26,012 bases of DNA from Gonapodya sp. JEL0774 (lineage: Eukaryota): assembly GCA_027604505.1 (NCBI GenBank), contig JADIIX010000053.1, forward strand, positions 124,001 to 150,012. Direction: 5' to 3'. Within the stretch, counting starts at the first letter, position 1. Each line of letters opens with the position of its first letter. Shown piece by piece: positions 10,105 to 22,389 of this stretch. The translations under genes were made by a program, and so were the position numbers. The notes under the pieces were generated by a model, which was not told the origin of the DNA, did not search any database, and was given only the letters and a program-made list of their open reading frames with translations.

Positions 10105-10642
10105 TTACTAGGGGGGATGTCAAGGACAGGAAGCAGATCAAAAAACGTGATGTAACCACTTGCGTGGTGGGGGAGGCGAATCAGGGGAGCGATGAACGGC
10201 TCGAGATCCCTCCAGGAAGGGCAATTGGGCTAGTTTCACGGTGAGACGTGCTCGCCCGGAGGAGAAGGATTGATTGGGGCAATTTTCGGTTCCGAACTGA
10301 CAACTATATGTTATGTATGTGGGTAGGCTGGTTTGTAATAATGCCGATTATGAAGACGCATCACACTGAGCTGGTCTCATCTGCACTCTGGTCATGATTT
10401 TCTCGATCATCTTCATGAATTGGCACCGGTCGATGAGAAAAACACGCAGACAGGGGATTTGCTTGAATGAGTCGAATGTGACTAAGCGATATCATAATTG
10501 GCAGTTTCTTCACGAAAAGCAAGTTGAGGTGGTGGTGAGGTGGGAAGAGTGGGAAGGGTTTGGGATGACTTTGGTCATTCTTGCTTCCCGGAAGCAGACT
10601 GACTGGCGGAGTCAACCCCTCTTCCAACCCACACCGACTGCC

Positions 10643-12640
10643 ATGAGCGCCCAGACTTTGAACCTCAAGGTTGCAGACTTATTCTCCATCAAGGGCAAGG
10701 TGGCACTCGTGGTTCGTTTCTCTGCACTGTCATTCTGTTCCCCGTGGAGTGGTGCTCTTTTACGTTGTCGTGTGATCGTGCCTTAACGGGCCCCCTCTAT
10801 CTATTCACGATGATACCATTACGCCATCGCGGGCGCCTTTGGCGGTGTTTTACGTCTTTAGACCGGTGGAGGTGAGTTGGTGTCTCGTCAACCCAGTTCC
10901 GGTTCCTTGTCCGACTCGGTCCGACCGTCTCCCACACACATGGACTTCGTCACCACTCTTGCCAGGCACCGGAATCGGCAAAAGTAGGTTCAATAATCCT
11001 GTGATTTATGGTGATGTCAGCTTAATCCTGACTCCGTCTTCTGTTCTCGCAATACATGATCAGTGTGGGCTGCCACACTGGCCCAGAACGGTGCGACAGT
11101 CTACATTGCCTCCAGGAAGTTGAAGGTGAGGGTTTAGGTGGAATGGTGCAATGAATCACGGAACAAACGGACAATCGTGGATATCTGTGATTGTCATAGT
11201 CTCGAGAACGTCTCTGGAGTGAACTCCTGTCTGTAAACGCAAAATTACTTTCCTTTAAAATGAAATCAAGTATCAATGGCGGATGTTGATGAGAACGGGA
11301 ACTTCGGAATCCCACCACTCACCAGTCTTTTGGAAACATTACCTTACCGCAGCCTCTTCAGGAAGCCGCCGACGATGTCAACACAATGGCTCGCGATGGA
11401 GGTCGCTGCATTCCGTATGTTGGTTCTCCGCAACAAGTTTTCTTGTTTTGCATCGCTCTGAAACATAATTGTGGTTTGGTCGACCTTGTTCAGAATCCAA
11501 GCGGATGTGGTGGATAAGAAGGGGTGCGAGGCATTGGTGGAGGAGCTGAAGAAAAGAGGCGTGACCAAGTTGCACGTGTTGGTGAGTTGTCCTGTTTGCC
11601 AAGGTTTTTAGGAGAATGGGTGAGATCATTTTAGAATACGTTGTAATTGTACCACCATGCTCTTCTACAGATGGTAAGCCTCTCCTCTAATTCCAGTGTG
11701 TTATTGAAGATCTGTCGGGATGTTTAAGCTGTTTTTGTTCCGTCTGATGTCGTTAGAACAACGCAGGGATGTCATGGGGTGGTGAGCCAGAGAGGATTGA
11801 TAGGGTGCATGTTTATCGACCCGTGTGACCGGTGATCCTGCCAGGACCCCTTACGAACTTCCCGGAAAAGGATGGCTGGGATAGGCTTTTGGCACTGAAC
11901 GTCAAGAGCATGTTCTACGTGAGAACTTCAATGTGTTCACTCTCATCGCGGTTTCAAACTGACTGCTGTCGGCATCACGCTCACTTACCTACCTACAGCT
12001 CACCGTCGCATCCCTACCTCTTCTTACCGCAGCCTCCACACGGGACGATCCCTCCCGTGTCATCAACGTCTCGTCTATGGCATCCGTCGCACCACAAGCT
12101 GTTGGTCCATTGTCGCAAGTAGGAAGCGGCACGTGGTCGTATCAGCCTAGCAAGGCCGCCGCGAACCAACTGACTAGGACACTGGCCCTGGAGTTGGGTC
12201 CGAAGGGAGTGACGGTCAATGTTATTTGCCCTGGATTCTTCCCCAGCAAAATGACGTCGTTCGGTATCACTCATAATCTCGATATGTGGGTTTGTGCTTG
12301 AATGGCTTGGTTGAATATTCAATAGCAAGATGTTTACGGTATTTTGCACCCTGCGGTAGCATGGAGGCCAGTCAGCCATTTGGACGGATCGGGAGCACCG
12401 AGGATATGGCTGTGAGGCTCGTGTGTCAATAGGATTGAGTTGGCAGTGCCTCTTTAACCGTTTCCTGTCCCTCAAAATTAGGGCCTTTGTTTGTTCCTCT
12501 GTTCTCGTGCGGGAGGGTACCTTAACGGGGTCGCAATTCCGTTGGACGGTGGGGCGTCTTTGGGAATAGGTGGGCGGCCAGACAAGCCTTCGGTGGCTGA
12601 GTTGCTCGCTAAGAGGAAGGAAGTTGCAGCGAAAATATAG
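10643..12640 (+). CDS. Classical short-chain dehydrogenase/reductase (RhlG-like fungal SDR), 12 exons, C-terminal -AKI
   Basis: Spliced motifs: [20 protein letters not shown] (Rossmann TGxxxGxG), YIASRK, LHVL|M|NNAG, RVINVSS, catalytic [29 protein letters not shown] and [12 protein letters not shown]. Stop TAG at 12638-12640. Confidence 0.93.
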
Positions 12641-12831
12641 AGATTGTAACAATTGCATTTGTGCTGAGATCCACCCGGTGGAGGAGGCGACTGCGGTCAC
12701 TCGTGGGTCACGCCTGAGGATTCCATTTATCGTTGATTTGATTGCACAATTGAGCCAACACGGCGGTGCTATCGCTCTCATCCGAACCTGAGAAAGGGCA
12801 GGCCCCCTCAATCAATTGACTCTCTCCGATA

Positions 12832-13949
12832 ATGCAAAGGCTGGCGGGGTCGTCAGTTGCTGGGTCTTTGTCTCCTCCACCATCCGTCAATGCAGTATCA
12901 ACAGCCGGCGTCAAGGGCGAACGAGAAGTTGGCACTCTGGAAGGTTTTGTCTACGGTGCATTGGCGGCATCGGGAGCTGGTATGTCGGCTTGTTCTGTCC
13001 TGAGTTCAGTTGTCTAACCTGGAGGATCGAATCCTCGAATGAAAACGATGTAGTTCTGGTTTCTAATCCTGCGGAGGTCATTAAAACGCGAATGCAACTT
13101 CAGGGAGAAAGCGGCCAGTCTCGCGCGTACTCCTCCTCCTTCAATGCCATCACGACAATTGTCCGCACTGAGGGGGCCGCAGCGTTGCAGAAAGGCCTCG
13201 CTCCCGCCCTTGTTTACCAGGTGACCATGAATGGGACCCGGCTAGGTCTCTATGAACCCGTCAAGCGGGCGGTGCACAATCGAATGTTCCCTTCGTCTCC
13301 GTACTTGACTGCTGTAACTGCGGGCCTATTTTGTGGAGCAGTAGGGGCATTCATTGCATCCCCTCTCTTTTTAGTGAAAGCTCGGATGCAGGCATACAAC
13401 TCGCAAGCACAAGGCGTGGGCGCGAAAGTGGTTGGCGCCCAACATTCATACGTGTCTAAAGGCTTCGTATACAGTCTTGGGCACATATATCGAAGTGAGG
13501 GAATTCGCGGACTCTGGCGAGGCGTGGACGCTGGCATGGCCCGTACAGCAGCTGGCTCTGCGGTCCAGCTTTCGACGTATGAGTCCCTCAAATCCTCCAT
13601 CCTGGAGGCGGTGCCCAATGCGCACCCTCACACGGCAGAACTCCTCTCCGCACTTTCCACTGGCTTCATCGTTGCCGCCGCCATGAATCCGCTGGACGTT
13701 GTGTATTCTCGAATGATCAACATGAAGATTGCGAACGCTGGCTCAGGTGGTTCGGCGAGAACGGGATTCGTTGACGGCATGGGTCCCATGTATCGCTCGT
13801 CGTTGGACTGCTTAGTGAAGACCGTACGACATGAAGGACCATCAGCCCTCTGGAAGGGTTACGGAGCTCATGTCATGCGATTGGCTCCGCAAAGTTTCCT
13901 GACATTAATATTATTAGAGTGGCTGAGACGAGCTGCTAAGCAATTCTAG
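12832..13949 (+). CDS. OAC1: Mitochondrial carrier family protein, Oac1/SLC25A34-35 (oxaloacetate/sulfate carrier) type
   Basis: Exon 12832..12979, intron 12980..13053, then three carrier signatures (NPAEVIKTRMQLQGE, SPLFLVKARMQ, NPLDVVYSRM). QKGLAPALVYQVTMNGTRLGLYE and RTAAGSAVQLSTY are typical of the Oac1 subfamily. Confidence 0.88.
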
Positions 13950-14099
13950 ACGCACCACTGAAGAATTCTGACGGTGCAATACGAGAAAAGGACTCCACTT
14001 TTGTTATAGATAATCCTAGACGGTTAGACATGATAAATTTTATATTTCACGTACATATCTTTGTGGAGTAAAAGTCACTTGATAGTCATCGGATTATTA

Positions 14100-16770
14100 T
14101 TATAACTTCACTCCCTGCGAAACCAATACTGTTAACCCGTGGAGAATACCGAATTCATCAAATGTTGTCAACATACCATGGCCTTCGCAACCTTCAAGCT
14201 CTGCCTCATCCCGAAGTCCCCCATGACCTCTTCTGAGCCTCCAGCTGAGAACGAAAGAAATTTCCATGGGACTTTTTCGTGTTGCCCCTAGAAACTAGCA
14301 AGCCCGGCGTAAACAACTCACCTATTGCGGATGCCCGTACACCCCTATATAACTTTTCAATTGTTCCGCCAATCCCACCCTTCGTAATTGCTATCCCGCC
14401 CATTATTTGAGCAGCCTCCATTAAAAATAGTGGATGTCATTGAAAAGAATGGAGAAAACTGAGATTTGCGTATGTACCTCTCGTGCACAGAACTCAAAAG
14501 TCTTCGTAGCCTGGCCAAGAGAATCGACGGGTGAGCGATATCATTTCAATAAATATTACTGTCAAACAGTGTCTGCCTCTACCTGGAATTTCAGCAACGC
14601 CATAGTTGCCCCCATCCGCTCAGCTGCGTGTTACCATCGTGCATTTTTTGATGAAGAATTTCCATCGACGTCTGTCACATAACTCCACTTACGAATGATT
14701 TCGGGCTTCATTTGGTTGAGTTGATAGGTGGTGCTCTCTAACCATGTGTGGGTCGATTCAATCTGCCTGACCATTTGAGCAAACTTGTCGCGAATAATTG
14801 GATGTTCGATTAAGAACTTTCCAAATGTTTGGCGATGATGGCTATTCCATATTGGTAAGGGCTGATAAGAACCACAAACGTTTAACTCGAGATTCTCACG
14901 CGTAATGGAGAGCCTCAGAATAACATTTGCGAGCGTTTCGGAGGGCTGACACTATGATGGTCCAGCTGTTGTAAAGATGTGTTGAGTGTAAGTGAACACG
15001 GTGTTCTAAATGGTGCACAGGCTCACCGCTCGTGATTGAAATTGGAGAGAAGAGCCTTAAAACCTTTATTCACCTCCCCGAGCACATTTTCCACAGGGCA
15101 TTTGACGTTGTCGTACGTGACAAATGACGTGCCAGATAGTACCCCACCCTAAAGTAGAAAATTCAAGCACCGTTGACTCAAATAAATCGTACGCGCACTC
15201 ATTAACTATCAGGTCACCATGGTTTCCAATGGTCGAGTGGTCATCCCTGGTCCACGGGGAACGAGTAGAAGAGTGATGCCGCCCGCACCAGGGCCTCCTG
15301 TGCGCACAGCAGTCATTATCCAGTCAGCCCACACCTTGGTTGTTGGTTGGAGTAGAAGTTAACTCCCTGACATAGACTATTTCGAGCCCAAAAATTTGCA
15401 CCTACTCCATTTGTGATCCTATGGCACGCAACAAGATTGATGTTCGCATGTGCCGAGCACGGTATAGAAAGACCTGTGAGACTCTCAAAGAGTGCTTTGC
15501 CCTGTGCGTGGCATACCATTTCTTTTCACCATTGATAATGTAATGTCTCCCATCTTCCGACAGCGTTGCAGTTGTAGAAATGTTAGAAACATCACTACCA
15601 GCAGTGGGCTCGGTAATGGCAATCGCCATCGTTTCTTCACCGCGCAGAATCTTTGGGACAACGCGTTCGCGAAGTGCTTGTTGACCAAAAAGCTGAAGTT
15701 CGACACGGCGAGACGAGTTAAACGTATCCAATATCAACGCTATGCGCACCATCGCGCACCATCACTGGCACAATGCCATACGGCTGAGAATTGTTCAGCG
15801 AGAGTAGGGGCGTGGAAGCAAGTTCATCCCACAGAATGAGGCAGTGGAAATACTTGGAAGAACCGATATGTTGGGAAAAAAACGAATACGTTCCATTCCA
15901 CCGAGATGTGCTGCTTACATCAAACTCTTCCTCCGAAATACCACACGGCAACTGCGGGACGCCCGGGTATGGTTGCGTTTTCCACGCAACTATCAAGCGG
16001 CAGCAATAGAAGTCAATAGTTCACTTCATTTCGTAATCAATGCCTACACCACTCACCCCTGCCTGTGATACCTCTGGTCAGACCTAATCTTCCCACTTCG
16101 GTAAAAACTTCTTCCGGGGGTTTCTTATTGTCCTTCACGATTGCTTCGTATGCATCGCTTTTGTCCGCCCAGCGATTTTCCGCGATCCAATTGCGGATCC
16201 AGTCTCGAAGTTTACGATGGGACTCCTTGTAATACGGTGAGTACATGTCTTGGTACCACGCCGGCTAATTGCGAACAGTTAAAAGCTTGATCCACTTGTC
16301 GAAGTGCGAAACTTACCTCCGCTAGCGTCATAGGGAAGTGGAATCATTTGAGAAGTTATTTTTCCACAAAAGACTGGGGTGCTCACCAAATGGTGCACCG
16401 TCACCAAACAATCCCATTCCAAGACCTCCAGTAAATAGAGCGGTCGCCTGTTGAGGCTGCACAGCTGGGAGCAGAGAGGCAAGATCTCCAATGTATAGAG
16501 CAGGCTGGTATACATGTAGTGTCAAAGATACTACGAAACGTTTCACAGTCCACGGGCACTTACACCAAACTTTGGTAGCACCGATCCACTGTGAAACTTT
16601 TCGAATTCACTCGTGGCGTCTTTCCCCGCATGCTTTAACAGAATGCGCTTTCCCCCCGGATGTTTCGATAAGAACGATGTGACATCGTATACCTTGCCGT
16701 AAAGGGCGATCCATGCATCCTTTTCGGAATTGTGGGCTGCTAGTTCCTGAATGGTGTACGTGCCAGACAT
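14100..16770 (-). CDS. Acyl-CoA dehydrogenase with an N-terminal cytochrome b5 domain (multi-exon), ending -GVKL
   Basis: b5 domain: HNSEKDAWIALYGKVYDVT, HPGG and EFEKFH. ACAD motifs: PAWYQDMYSPYYKESHRKLR, AITEPTAGSDV, INGEKKW|ITNG, NFNHER, REAAQIMGG and AIAGGSEEVM. Last exon 14114..14100 is GGA GTG AAG TTA TAA. Confidence 0.93.
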
Positions 16771-16941
16771 AAGAAAGTACTGATCGCAAATTCCGAAAGG
16801 ACACGGGTTCCGAGTCGGCGATCAAATCCCGCATCCACAGCAGGACGCATGCTTCTTGAAACAACTACAATGACTTGATATAATTTTTCAGAAGTGACAC
16901 AGAAGACTACGATTTCGTCGGTTGATATAAGGTAAATAACC

Positions 16942-18688
16942 TCATATTACAAGACCCTTGAGTGACTCATTGTCACCAACATACACAGGGCCACTTGCAC
17001 GAACGGTCCTTCCGTCCACTACCTCCTTGAGGCCCTCACCAGCGTAAGTAACGAGTGGTGACAACTCCAATTCAAGCGTTGAGTCCGTAGTGGCGCCTGC
17101 ATGCTCGAGGAAACGACGGTGCTGTGCAAGGATGTCCCTCCTGCTTGTCTGGGGGTCGTCCACACCGGTGTTGGGAGCGTTTTTGAGAGGAGAAAACTCC
17201 TCAGTACGGTCAACTTCAAGCACGGCAAAGTTCTTGGAGTGCGGGAAGACGTCAAACACAAAGAGCTCGAGCTTTATAGCGTTGGGGGTGGTTGGAGAGA
17301 CAGCATTGCCTGAGGGAAAGTCAACCGTTTTGACTTTCTTGTTGGCAATGTGGTACTCTAGCTGCTTCTCGAACACTTGGATTTGCTCTAGGAAGTCGGT
17401 GGTGTAGAAGTGGTTGGCAATATTGGCGGCGCCAAAGAGAAGCTGGCCAGTTCGAGGATGAACGCTTTCGGCCATCTCCTTGGATATTTCTGAGTACTCC
17501 ACCACATTGATCTTACCATCCTTGACCGCGAGCACTCCTGCTGCCTCTGTCGGGCTCGATTTGCGAACCACCTTTGCACCACAGTCGGCACCTTTGGAAA
17601 TGCAGTAGCCGAAGAACACGGGATCAGCCACGCGGACAAGGCAGTTATCGACCCCGTAGAGGTGGACGTATTTCACCCCGCGCTTGCGCATATCAGCGAG
17701 GACGTTTTGGGTGCGCAATGCAGCGTATATGCCGCCGTTCCCATCAGGAGATAGGGAGAGGGAGCCCTTGGAAGCAAGAAGAAGGCGGCCATCGGGGTAG
17801 AATGCAGGCAAGACACCTATTGAAAAAGAGTTGGCATTGTGTCATGGAATCCCCAAGACGTGGGGTGGGATTGGACTCGAACAAGAAGAACTTTAATAAA
17901 AGTACCTTGCTCGAAAATGATGACATTTTCGGCTTTAAGTCCCCACATTCCGTGAGCTTTGAAAAAGTCTTCGGTGTCTTTCCTGGTCGGACCACTGGTC
18001 ATGACGTACCATGGAATCACAACAGGGCTTCCATTCACATGGGAGGCGATATTCTGCAGGCGAAGGATGCGCTCAGCCTGCAGCTGGAAGAGCGACTTAT
18101 GAGAAGGGAGGGAAATGTCGTAACAGCCTAGCGAGAGTGCATCAAGGGTCGTGCAGGATATGTGATGAGGTAATATTCAGGGAGATGAAAGTGAGTAACG
18201 AAGGTGAATGCAAATAAAAGGCCCGACGAGCAGAATGCCGCAGTCATCAGAAGCAGACGGCAACAAGAATTTCGGGTTTATCGCTTACGAGTGGGTTGAA
18301 ACACACCTTTCGGGGCAGAACTACCGAGCCTGGTTCCCTGACCCCCGGCCATGAGGATAACGGCACATTCCCCTTTCATGATGTGCTCCATACCAACATC
18401 CCACCACTTTTTGGTCTTGCTCTCATCCGCCCCGATTGTGGAGTCAACCATCGCCTCCGGTAAAGGCTTGAGGTCGGAATGTTGTGCAGCAGCAGCAGGG
18501 GGACCTTGAGTTGCCTTGGCAAAGATGGAATTACACCTATCGATGTCAATTGAAGCTAGCTCAGCCAGGAACGTCTTTTGCTCTTCCGGTTTGAGGGAGT
18601 CGTAGAAGGTAAGAACGTGTGCCTGTTTGGATCCCAGCGCTGTCTTGACTGACTCAAGCGAGCTCGTAATGCCGTTTGATGCACTCAT
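16942..18688 (-). CDS. UAP1: UDP-N-acetylglucosamine pyrophosphorylase (Uap1/Qri1)
   Basis: Exons 18688..18307, 18127..17906 and 17816..16942. Motifs: [74 protein letters not shown] and EFSPLKNA. Confidence 0.97.
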
Positions 18689-19153
18689 GGTAGTAAATGA
18701 ATCACAGGTAAGATTATTGAGAGACGCTTGAATGGGTTTGGCTGTTGTTGGAAAGGCAGGAAGACAGGGCAGGGCTGCAAGGGGCTTGCTGAGGTTGTGG
18801 ACCTCTTGCTCTCATCTACTAACTTGTGCAATCCCCCAGCTCGAAAGTGCAGCTAGGAGTATAATTTCTTGCAAACAAATAGAGAACGTGGGTGGAAGCA
18901 TCACGAACGAATGGGAGACTCTCCCGCAGCTTGCCTCTCCTCAAGAAGAAGTAGAAGAACATCCGACCATGATATATTGCTGTCATCCACGAATTCAACA
19001 CAAAACAAGGAGAGGAACGGGCATACAAACCACAACCATTCGCTCGCCAATTGCCTGGTACATAATGGAGCTATAACAGCATATTCGTATATACACAATT
19101 GAAAGTCTTTGATCTCGCCTATTAGATGCACGGCGAAATTGGGGACTCATCAT

Positions 19154-21735
19154 TCAAAGCAGGGATACAAGAACGATAAAAAGAGATACAAAGATGGAAG
19201 TGGTAGTTGCTCTTGTGGCATGGCCTCCTTTGGCCGCCGGCGAGGTGTTGGTGGTGACGGTGGTGCTTGTGCTCGTCGCATTGCCAGAACCAGATACTAC
19301 GGTGGCTGTACCACTTTCGCCACCGACGTTGGTAGACCAAACCTTCGAGAAGTTTGCAGGAGCAGGGCACATCCCTCCGGCAGCATTAGCCACATTCGGC
19401 AACGGAACGAAGGATTTCGGTAGCAGATTATCAGCGACCTTGCTCTTTCCATTGTATGAGCAGTACGTTAGCAGTGAGAACCCTATTGGAAGGCAAGACA
19501 GCGTCTCTTTGTAGGTGGTAAGGTGAGGAATTGGGGCTTCGCGACCCACCGGAGCTTTCTACGAGGCAAAGGGGCATTGGCATCGCTGGGTAGTACATCA
19601 AAAATCTAGTGATGGGACGATACGATTATGCACCACTGACATAAATAAGCGTTTTGATTACTCACAGGAAGCACATCTCATTGCTTGTGGCATATCCGCC
19701 CAGTACTGGGGCTGTCGCCTTTGTGCTGTCATATGTGCAGACAGTTTCAATGGAATCCCCTGCGTCACGTCATGGTGAGCATTTGCTTCCATTGCTCTCC
19801 ACCGTGAAGCACCAACACTGACTTACCAGGCAGAATAGTGTAGTTGTCAACGAGTTGCATGCTTTGCAAATTGTTGTCCCAGTACCGAACCCTTCCAAGT
19901 TCTCCTTGCTCCACGCCGTTTCGCACGACCTTGGCATAAATCTCCTTTCCCCATGTGTGCCTGTCGATGATTTTACTCATAATACCGACTTCGCTGGGTA
20001 TGACGTCCCGTTTTACTCACATGTGCTGGGTATCCCCAAAGGTTGAGACCGGTGGTGAAACAGCATTTGTGAGCTAGCTATTTTCACAAAACATCATAAG
20101 CATCAGTTCACCCACAAAAAAGTTCGCAAATACGTTGAGTGGTTGTGTCATTTGGGAGGTACATTCTCCAGGGCACTATCCATTCGAGTTCGTGCGAAGA
20201 AAGAACAGATGGTTCAACAACAGGTACTAGAGTAGCCAGAAGCTGCTCGCCATATGCACTTACAACACTAGGAACAGAGTAGGAAGGCAGGCCCTGGGGG
20301 ATTGTGATCCAACTTTCAAAATGCTCCGCGGTCAAGCAGTTGCAGCAAGATGTGGAACACGATCCCATCTACTCACGGAAAGTCTGTTCCCATCGTTAGT
20401 GTACCCATGTTGGATTTCCTCAGCTGTTTCGTGTACGTATATCGAATACCAGACAAGTCGGAAACATTCAAGCGCCGAGTATTGTCGTAGTGCACTTCGA
20501 GCATAATGTATACGGGCGAGAACGAAGTGTCATTTCCAAAAGGCTTCCCCACGTCGTCGGGCATTATGAGCGGTCCTTGACCTAGACCCCATGCTTTTGA
20601 ACGCACCGGCCAACGAAAGCGCGTCAACACCCACTCGGCTGCCAATTCGCAGAATAAAGCACTCACCACTCCATACTTGACTACAAGGATTAAAGACTCT
20701 GGACGCATCCGCGGGATTCGCTGAGATGTGTGCGCACCGTGTTTCATTGCCAGGGCCATACAGTGCACGCGCTTTCACCGACTGCGAACTGCTGCACCGG
20801 TACGCGACGATGTGGTGTACAACAGGCGATACATGAGCTTCCTCCATGACGATATGATAGGTGGTGTCTTTGGGAGTACGTTTGAAATTTGTCTCACGCG
20901 CAGCACGGAAGGAATGTGCAGATTTGTGGAGGTACTCACCATTCGGCAAGGTGTGGAAACTGTAGCAATATAGTGTGTCCTCCATTGGAATGACCATTGG
21001 CGTTGACGACACATTTAAATCGAGATACTGAGCGTCAGGTGGCGGAACAAACGTTCGGAAATTCTTTTCGGGATGTAGAAGCCAAACATCTCTCGCGGCC
21101 CTGTTGCTTGGCCCATGGTAGGAAAACGTCTGGGAGCTTCCGTAAGCGGTTATAAACCACTGATTAGTCCTTAGTCGTACAGTGAGATCCTCGTCGATGC
21201 ACTGAGCATCAATGGGTCGAGAGAAAGCAAATGCTGTGACATTATCATTTTGGGAGGCCGCAAGTAGCTTCAGATCCTGGGACATGTCAACCAGGGGCTG
21301 AACGAAATCGGGAGCTGCAAATTGCAAATGGGTTATCCACATAAAACACCGAATTCACCTCACAAACATACCATGCATATCCGTTAAGTACAGGTCCCCT
21401 TGTGCATTTTTCTGTAGCAGAGCAATATCGGCGCCTTTCATCGACCCAGTTTCAGACAAGCCGAGTCCCAGCCAAGCAGGACTCTGCCTATTCGCAATAG
21501 CGAACGTCGCTACGGAGTTCGGCAAATCGATTGACCAGAATAAGTGGGCTGTTCTCGAGAGAGAAAGGTTGCCCTCCCATTTTCCACCCGGAGCAGCAGT
21601 CAGTATTGTCGTGGGAACCCACGATAGATCGGGATTCGGATTGGGGTCAAAGCCGCCAGAGCCAGGAGCTTGGCAAGAGCACAGGGTGCATAAGATCGTA
21701 CACAAGAAGAGTGCGAAAGCGGCGCGAGGCAGCAT
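19154..21735 (-). CDS. DBH/MOXD1-like copper type II ascorbate-dependent monooxygenase: signal peptide, DOMON domain, two Cu domains, hydrophobic C-terminus (GPI signal or TM)
   Basis: Signal-like MLPRAAFALFLCTILCTLCSCQ. DOMON motif WLGLGLSETGSMKGADI. DTLYCY. CuH ligands in VHHIVAY and LEVHYDN. CuM ligands in FANFF|HM|HTWG and SNEMCF. MYYP. Ser/Thr-rich stalk ending SIFVSLFIVLVSLL*. Confidence 0.9.
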
Positions 21736-22075
21736 GAAGAATCTGGATTCAATTGATACTTTTGAGACGAAGAAGCCCACACATGAACGTGGTAGAGATT
21801 CGAGCTAAGGTTATGCCCTAAGTCACGCCACCCAGCTCGGCTAAATCTTGGCAGGGACAAGACAAAATAGAACAAAATATATCAGCGACTGTCAATCGGC
21901 TGAAAGTTGATGCGCGAGAGGGTCAGCGTGCTCTGACCTCCAACTCCCGGAGGATCCCATTTGTGAGCGGGAAATTGGGGAGGGGCGACGGATTGTGAGA
22001 CAGGTGTGGGGAGGGCGGAAGGACCCTTTTTGTATCCCACACCGCAACAACCCTCGTTTTTTCATATACAACCCC

Positions 22076-22102
22076 GTTGAACACCCCCTGTTGAACACCC
22101 CA
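22076..22102. repeat. 13-bp direct repeat upstream of the monooxygenase gene
   Basis: gttgaacaccccc occurs at 22076-22088 and 22090-22102. Confidence 0.75.
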
Positions 22103-22389
22103 CCGCTGAAAACTCGCCGCTGGTATACACACTTGCTGCTGGAAACTTGTTTGACTAACATGGGGGCACTATGGAGGCGCTATGTGGTGCATCCGCGTTG
22201 ATATATGTACTGGTTTACACCTCACCTTCGACTAAAGTGAATATTTGCAGTTGACTGCTGCAGCTCTAGACAATTATTGTCCCCGTTACCGTTACCGCCA
22301 TTCAAATGACAATAATAACGACTTTCCGCTTATGTTGAAAGCCACAGTGTGTCGCATCTACCATCTCGCAGAGCTCATATATGAATAAT

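Noticed and set aside
12014..12811. 265-aa minus-strand ORF overlapping the SDR
   Set aside because: It is antisense to well-supported SDR exons and introns and has no recognisable protein features.
12816..13053. N-terminus of the 377-aa carrier ORF as given in the track
   Set aside because: The real first exon is in another frame (ATG 12832, encoding the first TM helix) and joins through intron 12980..13053.
18732..19131. Short overlapping ORFs between UAP1 and the monooxygenase
   Set aside because: They have no motifs or coherent splice structure; the region fits a 3' UTR plus promoter.
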